From Candidatus Aegiribacteria sp. (GTDB taxonomy: Bacteria > Planctomycetota > Phycisphaerae > Sedimentisphaerales > Anaerobacaceae), in NCBI GenBank assembly GCA_048635425.1, contig JAIVYN010000001.1, forward strand, positions 2,532-66,531: 64,000 nt of DNA. The letters run 5' to 3'. Every line of letters starts with the position of its first letter. Positions within the stretch are counted from its first letter, which is position 1. Both the position numbers and the translations under genes were made by a program. Positions 18,804 to 26,134 of this stretch are shown one piece after another. The notes beneath the pieces were generated by a model. It was not told the origin of the DNA, made no database searches, and saw only the letters and a list, made by a program, of their open reading frames with translations.

Positions 18804-18900
18804 TCGTCGCTCGTATCTCGTATGTCGTATGTTGTATTGCGTAAATCAGCGGTTAAACCACCGACTACATACCACTCACCACTCACTACTCACCACTCAC
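18804..18900. repeat. Two heptamer tracts filling the proA-proB spacer (TCGTATG family, then CACTCAC family)
   Basis: 18804-18845 reads TCGTCGC TCGTATC TCGTATG TCGTATG TTGTATT GCGTAAA. 18873-18900 reads CACTCAC CACTCAC TACTCAC CACTCAC. The second tract overlaps the final proA codons (IVSGE-stop). Confidence 0.7.
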
Positions 18901-20181
18901 AATTCTCTTGTGCGTGAATTTTTTTTTTGCATCGCTGCCAACATAATCAGCTACGACCTGGCCGGTGCCTACAAGTTTCCATTTATAAATGACAAGTCCT
19001 TCCAGCCCTACCGGCCCGCGGGCGTGTATCTTGTTGGTGCTTATGCCCACTTCAGCCCCAAGGCCGTAACGGAAGCCGTCGGCAAAGCGCGTGCTGCAGT
19101 TCCAGAGCACATTTGCAGAATCGACCAGGGCCATAAAGCTGTCGGCCTTTTCCTTATCAGCGGTAACAATGCTGTCAGTATGTCCTGACCCGTAATGGTT
19201 AATATGCTCAATCGCCTGTTCAAGGCCATCGACGATTTTTATCGAAAGGATATAATCCAGATACTCGGTTGACCAATCTTCTTCGACCGCCGGCTGTACA
19301 TCGATTATTGATACTGTTTTCTCGCAGCCGCGTAGCTGAACGCCTTTTTCCTCAAGAGCGGTTTTGACTTTCGGCAGGAACTTTTCAGCAATTTTATTAT
19401 CTACCAATAGCGTTTCCGCGGCATTACAGACAGCGACGTACTGGCACTTGGAATCGACGGTGATATTCACAGCCATATCCAAATCAGCATCGCTGTCTAT
19501 ATAAACGTGGCATATACCGTCAGCGTGCCCGAGGACGGGTATATTGGTATTGTCCATAATATAACGAACGAATTCATTTGACCCGCGGGGGATAACAAGG
19601 TCGATATATTCATCTAAGGCCAACATCTGGGCAACGTCCTGGCGGGTTTCCAATAGCTGAATCCATCCATTGGGTAGTCCGGCTTTTTCGCTCGCCTCGG
19701 AGATTGTCTCGGCTAAGATTCTATTGGTTTTTGCGGCTTCGCTTCCGCCTTTCAGCAGAACGGCATTTCCGCTTTTTAAGCAAAGCGTTGAGATTTGCAC
19801 AAGGGCGTCCGGCCGAGATTCAAAAACAACGCCGATAACGCCAATCGGACAACTGACTTTGTAAAGTTCGAGCCCCTTGTCGAGTTCGGTGGCGGTGATT
19901 GTTTTACCAACAGGGTCATCAATTTTGATAAGACTGTCGATGCCGGCACAAACATCAGCTATTTTACCTTCGTCAAACTTTAGCCGTTTGAGTAAAGGTC
20001 CAGCCAGGTTGTTCTTTTCAGCCGTGACCAGGTCCTCTTTGTTGGCTGAGACGATTTCAGCGCTGTGTTGCTTCAGGGCTTTGCCAATCTCGGCTAAAGC
20101 GTTGTTCTTTACATCGGTCCTGGCCACTGCCAGTTGGATCGAGGCTGACCCGGCTGCCGCGGCTATTTCGGAAATATTCAT
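18886..20181 (-). CDS. proA: Gamma-glutamyl phosphate reductase
   Basis: 431 aa of the aldehyde dehydrogenase superfamily. ProA-typical VIGVVFESRPDA, and CNAAETLLV with the catalytic Cys. Confidence 0.9.
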   Translation of the reverse strand: MNISEIAAAAGSASIQLAVARTDVKNNALAEIGKALKQHSAEIVSANKEDLVTAEKNNLAGPLLKRLKFDEGKIADVCAGIDSLIKIDDPVGKTITATELDKGLELYKVSCPIGVIGVVFESRPDALVQISTLCLKSGNAVLLKGGSEAAKTNRILAETISEASEKAGLPNGWIQLLETRQDVAQMLALDEYIDLVIPRGSNEFVRYIMDNTNIPVLGHADGICHVYIDSDADLDMAVNITVDSKCQYVAVCNAAETLLVDNKIAEKFLPKVKTALEEKGVQLRGCEKTVSIIDVQPAVEEDWSTEYLDYILSIKIVDGLEQAIEHINHYGSGHTDSIVTADKEKADSFMALVDSANVLWNCSTRFADGFRYGLGAEVGISTNKIHARGPVGLEGLVIYKWKLVGTGQVVADYVGSDAKKKFTHKRIVSGE

Positions 20182-20238
20182 TTTTAATTTACCATTGACT
20201 ATTTATCGTTAAATACCTATATTCGATTGCCGAATTGT

Positions 20239-20266
20239 AAATAATAAATAATCAATAATCAATATC
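20239..20266. repeat. Heptamer tandem tract, AATAATC family
   Basis: AAATAAT AAATAAT CAATAAT CAATATC, upstream of proA and next to tRNA-Gly. Confidence 0.6.
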
Positions 20267-20320
20267 GAAGTCGAAGATACGCCGTAGCGGGAATCCACTA
20301 TAGGCGGAATTAATTGTATT

Positions 20321-20391
20321 GCGGGCGTAGCTCAATGGCAGAGCATCGGCCTTCCAAGCCGAGTATGTGGGTTCGATCCCCATCGCCCGCT
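20321..20391 (+). tRNA. tRNA-Gly (anticodon TCC)
   Basis: GCGGGCGTAGCTCAATGGCAGAGCATCGGCCTTCCAAGCCGAGTATGTGGGTTCGATCCCCATCGCCCGCT. It folds as a cloverleaf by hand, with anticodon loop CTTCCAA. Confidence 0.9.
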
Positions 20392-20628
20392 TTTGTTTTG
20401 AGAGTCTTTTCCCTTTAAGTGTTTCTTTAGTATCACCCGGATTTTCTTGTTGGTTTTGGATGAATTGTTGCGAAATTAACAGGGCCCTGTGGAAAACGGT
20501 GGGGAGTTGGAAAAAATAATCAGCTCTGCTAAAAGTATTATATTTTCGTAAGCACTTCTGTTTGCGTGAATTATGTCCTTTCAGGGACCGTCCTATAATA
20601 AAATTTTTCAAAAAAGAATATTTGTTTG

Positions 20629-20681
20629 TTGACAAAGTGGTAGGAAGTGGTACGATTTCCCACATTGAATATATCAAGTGG
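20629..20681 (+). promoter_or_regulatory. Candidate Pmra promoter with three AAGTGG boxes (MraZ-type operator)
   Basis: TTGACA 20629-20634 and TACGAT 20651-20656. AAGTGG occurs at 20635, 20645 (10-nt phasing) and 20676. An inverted TGTGGG lies at about 20657-20662. The mraZ ATG is at 20692. Confidence 0.5.
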
Positions 20682-20691
20682 GACTAATGCC

Positions 20692-21165
20692 ATGCTTTTA
20701 TTAACAGGCGAATATCTTCACGTTGTCGACAACAAAAGCAGAGTTCTCATCTCGAACAAGCTGAGAAATCAGATTGATGTCGATAAGCACGGCAGTAATT
20801 TCTATCTTATACTCGGGGCAAACGGCATACTTTGTTTATATCCCGAAAAGTATTTCGAGCAGATAGCCCTTGCGGTTACACCCGGTACTACCGCCCCTGA
20901 TGAGGCTGTAGCGTTCGAGCGAATCAGCTTTGCTTTGGCCAGTAAGGTGGAGCTGGACGGCCAGGGCCGATTGCTCCTGAATGAAAGATTGCGAAAGAGG
21001 GCGGGGTTGAAAGACCACATTACACTTATCGGCGTTAGAGACCATATCGAGCTGTGGAACAGTGAAAGCTGGGAACAATATCTTTCAGACCATATGGCTC
21101 AATATCAGAAACAGATGTCGCAGGCAAGGCAGGTTGTCCTGCACGAGCAGAGCGAAGATATTTAA
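20692..21165 (+). CDS. mraZ: Transcriptional regulator MraZ
   Basis: Start trimmed to the ATG at 20692 (MLLLTGEYLHVVDNKSRVLISNKLR...). Two SpoVT/AbrB-like halves each carry a D/G-x-x-x-R-type motif (DNKSRVLI, DGQGRLLL). It is followed by rsmH. Confidence 0.85.
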   Translation: MLLLTGEYLHVVDNKSRVLISNKLRNQIDVDKHGSNFYLILGANGILCLYPEKYFEQIALAVTPGTTAPDEAVAFERISFALASKVELDGQGRLLLNERLRKRAGLKDHITLIGVRDHIELWNSESWEQYLSDHMAQYQKQMSQARQVVLHEQSEDI

Positions 21166-21183
21166 TTTTTAAGTGGAGGCAAA

Positions 21184-21393
21184 ATGATTGGAATGGATTC
21201 GAATCATTGTCGGATTGTTGCCGGAAGTCTCGTCGGTGAAAGGGAGGTTGACGAACGGACCTTCGCCTCCCTGGCAATTATCGGAGAACGGCTGGAACGG
21301 TTGAAGGAAATCGACGAGACTTTTTCCGGCATTGAATTTTCACCCGCTGTTGAGAAACTTCAAGGGCAGAAGAACACCATAGCTATAGGCTGA
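21184..21393 (+). CDS. Hypothetical 69-aa protein between mraZ and rsmH
   Basis: GGAGG lies 4 nt before the ATG. The product is acidic and helical with no recognisable family. Confidence 0.35.
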   Translation: MIGMDSNHCRIVAGSLVGEREVDERTFASLAIIGERLERLKEIDETFSGIEFSPAVEKLQGQKNTIAIG

Positions 21394-21464
21394 CTTGTAA
21401 TGCGTTCCGCCTAATGCGGATCTTCAATGTTAGTGTTGAGTATCGCGCTCCCATTCATCGTGGC

Positions 21465-21520
21465 GCGATACGATATACGCGATGTAAAATACGATATACG
21501 ATATATGCGATACGATAGAA
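21465..21520. repeat. Heptamer tandem tract, GATATAC family (8 units) abutting the rsmH start
   Basis: GCGATAC GATATAC GCGATGT AAAATAC GATATAC GATATAT GCGATAC GATAGAA, then the GTG start at 21521. Confidence 0.75.
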
Positions 21521-22426
21521 GTGAATGGCTCGATAATAGAGCATATTCCGGTTCTCGCTGAGATATTGGCCGAGCAGATAAAACTGCCACCGGATGGCAT
21601 AATGGTCGATGCGACCATAGGACATGGAGGTCATAGTTATCTGTTCGGCAAGACCTTGGGCCCTGAGGGAGTTATCGTAGGCCTGGATGTCGATAAAAAT
21701 GCTATCCGAAGGGCCCAATTTATATTAAAGGACCTTGCCTGTAAGGTTATTTTGCTTCATTCGAATTTTTCTCTAATCAGCGAGCAGGTCCATGAGCAGG
21801 GTATAGATAAAGTTGATTTCATATTGGCGGATTTGGGGCTTTGTTCGGCACAGTTGGCTGACAGCCGGATGGGGCTCAGTTTTCTTCAAGATATGCCGCT
21901 GGATATGAGAATTGACAAAAGATTAAAGAGCACCGCTGCCGATATAGTTAATAAAGCAAATGAAAAGTCCTTAGCTGATTTGATATACAAATTCGGCCAG
22001 GACAGGGCCTCACGGCGAATTGCACGGTTTATCGTGCGGGAACGAGAAAGTGGGCTGATCACCACGACCGGCCAACTGGCAAAGATAGTCTGCAAGGCGC
22101 TGGGAAGGGCCCAGCGAAACCGAAAAAGTAAGATACACCCGGCAACCAGGACTTTCCAAGCGCTGAGAATTGCGGTCAATGACGAATTAGAGAATTTGAA
22201 GAAGCTGCTTGCTTCGGTGCCGGAGCTGTTGAGCAAAAATGGTTATATAGCAGTCATTAGCTATCACAGTCTGGAAGATAGATTGGTTAAAAACGATTTT
22301 AAGCGAAACGGAAAGGACAATATTTACAGGGTCATTACGAAAAAACCGATTGTGGCAACGCGAGAGGAAATTGCTGAAAATCGTCGGGCAAGAAGCGCAA
22401 AATTAAGGATTGCACAGAAACAATAA
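21521..22426 (+). CDS. rsmH: 16S rRNA (cytosine1402-N4)-methyltransferase
   Basis: 301 aa with DATIGHGGHS, DLGLCSAQL and SYHSLEDRLVK motifs. dcw position after mraZ. Confidence 0.9.
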   Translation: MNGSIIEHIPVLAEILAEQIKLPPDGIMVDATIGHGGHSYLFGKTLGPEGVIVGLDVDKNAIRRAQFILKDLACKVILLHSNFSLISEQVHEQGIDKVDFILADLGLCSAQLADSRMGLSFLQDMPLDMRIDKRLKSTAADIVNKANEKSLADLIYKFGQDRASRRIARFIVRERESGLITTTGQLAKIVCKALGRAQRNRKSKIHPATRTFQALRIAVNDELENLKKLLASVPELLSKNGYIAVISYHSLEDRLVKNDFKRNGKDNIYRVITKKPIVATREEIAENRRARSAKLRIAQKQ

Positions 22427-22440
22427 TATGGAGTTTCATT

Positions 22441-23295
22441 ATGACTTCCGATGCCAAGATTGGGTTGCTGTTAGGTTTGGTCTTTATATTTATAATTGCA
22501 TTTGTAATAAACGGCCTGCCGCGCTTTCGCAGTAACACAAACAATAATGAGCTGACAACTAATATGGTCAGCTCGCCAAACGACTCGATGGGTATTGCAG
22601 CCAAGGAACGTAAAGCTCAGGCGGTGTTCGATCTTGTAGAGCGGGTCCCACAAGAACGTGCTGATGAAGTGCCGGTCGTCTCAAAGAACGAGGGAGCGGT
22701 TCGCTTCAAAATGCCCTTTTCGCAAGGCACTTCGGCTGTGAAAGATGACTTGATTGTAGAGACTGCCAATGACAGGGTAAAGCCGCCGGCCCCGGTATCC
22801 CGAACCAATGAGAAAACCAGAGTCAATAAATCCAAGCCCGCTTTGCCAAAGACCTATGTAGTTAGCGAAGATGATAACCTGGCTATCATAGCGCGAAAAT
22901 TTTACGGCCCAGAGAAGGGTAATAAGAAAGTAAACGTTGCCCGGATATTCGAGGCCAATCGCAAATTGTTGAAATCACTCGATGAGATTTATGTCGGGCA
23001 AAAACTTACTATCCCGCCGCTTATAGATAAATCAGGCAGCGTATTTTCAGGGTCGCTGTTCGAGAAAGTGAAATCCATCAGCCGTAAACTTACTTCGTCT
23101 GATAAAACTAAGGCACCCAGGGAGACGCGGAGCAAACAATACGTTGTACGGGAAGGTGATAGTTTATGGCGAATTGCTGTTGAGCAGCTTGGAGATGGTA
23201 CTCGCTACAAGGAGTTAAATGAGCTAAATGCCGATATTTTAGGGAACGAAGACTATCTTGCTGTTGGGATGAGTTTGAGAATACCGGCTCGATAA
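22441..23295 (+). CDS. Membrane-anchored protein with two LysM domains
   Basis: N-terminal TM helix (IGLLLGLVFIFIIAFVI). Two LysM motifs (YVVSEDDNLAIIARKFYG...GQKLTIP and YVVREGDSLWRIAVEQLG...GMSLRIP). Confidence 0.75.
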   Translation: MTSDAKIGLLLGLVFIFIIAFVINGLPRFRSNTNNNELTTNMVSSPNDSMGIAAKERKAQAVFDLVERVPQERADEVPVVSKNEGAVRFKMPFSQGTSAVKDDLIVETANDRVKPPAPVSRTNEKTRVNKSKPALPKTYVVSEDDNLAIIARKFYGPEKGNKKVNVARIFEANRKLLKSLDEIYVGQKLTIPPLIDKSGSVFSGSLFEKVKSISRKLTSSDKTKAPRETRSKQYVVREGDSLWRIAVEQLGDGTRYKELNELNADILGNEDYLAVGMSLRIPAR

Positions 23296-23321
23296 GAATG
23301 GCGGATATGAAATTAGAAGTC

Positions 23322-23569
23322 CGAAGTACGAAACAAAATCAAGTGAACTAAAGTGCCTAAAGTGAACTAAAGTGAGCTAAAGTCAACGTGGTTATCAGGT
23401 TATCATGACATCAGGTAGTGGTTATCAGGTTACCAAGATATCAGGTTAACTTTTTTTTTCCTGGTATCCTGATTTCCTGATATCCTGCAACCTGATTTCC
23501 TGATATCCATATTTTAGGCACTTTAGGCACTCTAAACTTTAGTCACTTTGATCTTGTTTCGGATTTCGA
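23322..23569. repeat. Large imperfect palindrome built from 8-10-nt words (copy 1)
   Basis: Left arm: CTAAAGTGNN words, then GGTTATCAGG-like words. Centre: T9 at 23451-23459. Right arm: CCTGATWT words, then TTTAGGCAC words. The core 23348-23530 is homologous to the reverse complement of 30428-30625. Confidence 0.75.
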
Positions 23570-23630
23570 TACGCCTGTTAGAAGCGTATGTATCCATATT
23601 CGATATTCGAATTTATATTTTAGGCGTTAT

Positions 23631-23861
23631 ATGGCGTCCCGATTTCACCTTGTTTTTGTTGTTTTTTGTTTCACGGCGGTTTTGATTTTTGCTGTTTATC
23701 TGCGTAATGCCAACAATCGCATTTTCTACGAGCTTTGCACCTGCAGGGGCGAACAAAGCCGATTAAAACAGGAGCTTGGCACTAAGCAATTGCTGTTGGA
23801 AGGTTTAATAAATCCCGCTGCGCTTTCGCGGCGATTTGACGAATTAAATACCAACGAATAA
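23631..23861 (+). CDS. ftsL: FtsL-like small bitopic protein
   Basis: 76 aa with one TM helix (LVFVVFCFTAVLIFAVY) followed by a short coiled coil. It sits immediately upstream of ftsI. Called on position and architecture only. Confidence 0.5.
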   Translation: MASRFHLVFVVFCFTAVLIFAVYLRNANNRIFYELCTCRGEQSRLKQELGTKQLLLEGLINPAALSRRFDELNTNE

Positions 23862-23864
23862 AAG

Positions 23865-25607
23865 TTGAAAAGCGTTCGAATTACCATTCTTTTCTCTTTG
23901 CTTCTCATCGGCGTATTTCTGGCGCTGGCAGGGCGGTGCTTTTATCTGCAGTTTCTCAGGAACGACCATTATATTGGCAAGTGTCTCGAACAGCAGCAGG
24001 GGTGGGTGCCCTACAAGCCTCAGCGCGGCGTGATTCTTGATTGCCGCGGCAGAGTGCTCGCTGCGAGTAACAAGGTCCGAATTGTTAAAGTTGAGCCTCG
24101 AAGGGTCAAAGACCCCAAAGATTTATCGAGTGAGCTCCAGCCGATATTGGGTATGGGTGCGCACGAAATCTGTAAACTTATCAACGAAAGCAACAACCCG
24201 GGATATGTAAAAATCAAGGCGGATGCCAAGCCGGGTGAATGTGATGCCGCCCGCAGAATTTCAAGCGCCGTCGGCGTCGAATCTGATTGGCAACGACATT
24301 ATCCAATGGGTCGATTAGCCGTGCACGCTGTTGGTTTTACGAGTCTTGATAATCGGGGGTTAGACGGCATTGAGTACCAATACGACAAACAGCTCAGCGG
24401 TTCGGCGGCACAGGATATATTCTTTGCAGACGTGCGTCGCCGGCCCATTCGCCCGGCGCCTCTTGAGCATAGTCCGGCGGATAATAACGATGTGGAGAAC
24501 GCCGTTTTAACCGATGGCGTCGGGATTATTTTGACCATTGATGCTACTATCCAGCAGTTTGCCAGAGATGAGCTTATAAAGCAATACGAAAACTACGAGG
24601 CCGAGTCGGCTGTGGCGATTGTGGTTGAGCCAAAGACCGGGGCAATTTTGGCGATGGTTTCGCTGCCTGATTTCGACCCTGCCCAGGCCCGTTCGAGTGA
24701 CCCTGATAATCGCCGTAACCGGATTTTAACCGATGAGTTCGAGCCGGGCAGTATTATAAAGCCGCTCGTGGCCGCGATTGCCCTTGATGCAGGCGCTGTG
24801 AACAAGGTTGAAAAAATATTCTGCGAAAACGGGAACTATTCCGGCAGAGGTTTTGGGCGAATCGGAGAATATGAAAGAGGCTTCGGCGATTTGACTTTGC
24901 GGGAGATTCTGGTTGAGTCCAGCAATATAGGAATGGCAAAAATCGGACAGAGGCTCGGCAAAGACAAACTTTATAAAGGGCTGAGACTTTTCGGTTTCGG
25001 CAAAAAAGCAGGGATTGACGTCCCCGGCGAGGCTGATGGGCTGTTGCGAGGCACGCACAAGTGGACGGGATACAGCGTAACCCGGATACCTTTTGGTCAG
25101 GAAATTACTGTAACTGCGATTCAATTGGTTCGGTCTTTCTGCATACTTGCCAATCGCGGTCGTATCGTTCGCCCGTTTATGGTCAGAGCGATTGTTGACA
25201 ACGACGGAGAGATTACCGAGCTAAAACGGCCTCTGCCGCCGGTGGGTTACGTAGTAAAGCCGGAAGTCGCCGAATGGATTGTCAGCGAGGCTATGGTCGG
25301 TGTGGTTAATGAGGGAACTGGCAAAAGAGCCAAGCTGGAGAGATGGCAGGTCTTCGGGAAAACGGGAACAGCCAACATTGCAAAAAGCGATGAACGAGGT
25401 TATTCGGACAGTGATTATGTGGTTTCCTTTATAGCCGGTGCGCCGGCGGAGGACCCGGCCATAGTGGTTTTGGTTTCCGTCCGCAAGCCGAACAAGAAGC
25501 TCGGCAAAGGCTATACCGGCGGAGTTGTGGCCTCTCCGGTGGCGGGGAAAATAATCGAAAAAACACTCAACTACCTCGAAACCCGATTTGCCCGGGCGAA
25601 CTTCTGA
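23865..25607 (+). CDS. ftsI: Class B penicillin-binding protein (FtsI/PBP3-like transpeptidase)
   Basis: 580 aa with a TTG start 3 nt after the ftsL stop. N-terminal TM helix. S-x-x-K (GSIIKP), S-x-N (SSN) and KTG (GKTGTA) motifs. Confidence 0.85.
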   Translation: MKSVRITILFSLLLIGVFLALAGRCFYLQFLRNDHYIGKCLEQQQGWVPYKPQRGVILDCRGRVLAASNKVRIVKVEPRRVKDPKDLSSELQPILGMGAHEICKLINESNNPGYVKIKADAKPGECDAARRISSAVGVESDWQRHYPMGRLAVHAVGFTSLDNRGLDGIEYQYDKQLSGSAAQDIFFADVRRRPIRPAPLEHSPADNNDVENAVLTDGVGIILTIDATIQQFARDELIKQYENYEAESAVAIVVEPKTGAILAMVSLPDFDPAQARSSDPDNRRNRILTDEFEPGSIIKPLVAAIALDAGAVNKVEKIFCENGNYSGRGFGRIGEYERGFGDLTLREILVESSNIGMAKIGQRLGKDKLYKGLRLFGFGKKAGIDVPGEADGLLRGTHKWTGYSVTRIPFGQEITVTAIQLVRSFCILANRGRIVRPFMVRAIVDNDGEITELKRPLPPVGYVVKPEVAEWIVSEAMVGVVNEGTGKRAKLERWQVFGKTGTANIAKSDERGYSDSDYVVSFIAGAPAEDPAIVVLVSVRKPNKKLGKGYTGGVVASPVAGKIIEKTLNYLETRFARANF

Positions 25608-25689
25608 GAAGGGTGACTAAAATAAATGGTATTTTGTACAGAGCATTATCAATTACTATTTACCAATATCCAAATTTGAATAAGAGGAA

Positions 25690-26116
25690 ATGGCCAAGAT
25701 AATCTACGCTGTTGCGGGGGAAGGGTTCGGTCACAGCAGCCGATCACACCTGATAGGGCAGAGACTTATCGATGCCGGGCACGATTGTGTCTTTGTGGGT
25801 TCACAGAAATCACTGCTCTATCTGAAACAATATTTTGGTGAGCGTGTGTATGTACCTGAAGAAGAAGATGCTGCTTCTGCCTTTGGCCGGTCAGTATGAG
25901 CAGATAATAAACGCGCATTATGTTCAAAAGCTTGGTCTGGGAATTTCGTCTGATAAATTGGATGAAGTGATTTTGGCCCGGTTCCTCGATGAGCTGGATA
26001 AGCCTATGCCGGATGATGAGAGGATTATCTGGCCTGACAATGATAAATTTTTTGATATCCTTCAACGCGAATTAAACAAACTTGATACGCCCGTGAATAT
26101 TGATTGTTCGAATTAA
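25690..26116 (+). pseudogene. Internally deleted, frameshifted GT-B glycosyltransferase (GT28/MJ1255-like)
   Basis: ORF 25690-25899 keeps only an N-terminal Gly-rich loop (IIYAVAGEGFGHSSRS...). ORF 25835-26116, in another frame, keeps only a C-terminal region (LLLPLAGQYEQIINAHYVQKLGLG...). Together they give about 140 aa where about 350 would be expected. Confidence 0.6.
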
Positions 26117-26134
26117 CCTTGCCTCAAGTTTTCT

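Noticed and set aside
20252-20677. 141-aa minus-strand ORF
   Set aside because: It overlaps tRNA-Gly(UCC) and the mraZ promoter and has no protein-like features.
25690-26116. Calling the glycosyltransferase remnant murG because of its dcw position
   Set aside because: The N-terminal loop is AGEGFGHSSRS rather than the MurG GGTGGH loop. The C-terminal segment fits the MJ1255/GT28-like group only generally. The gene is also broken.
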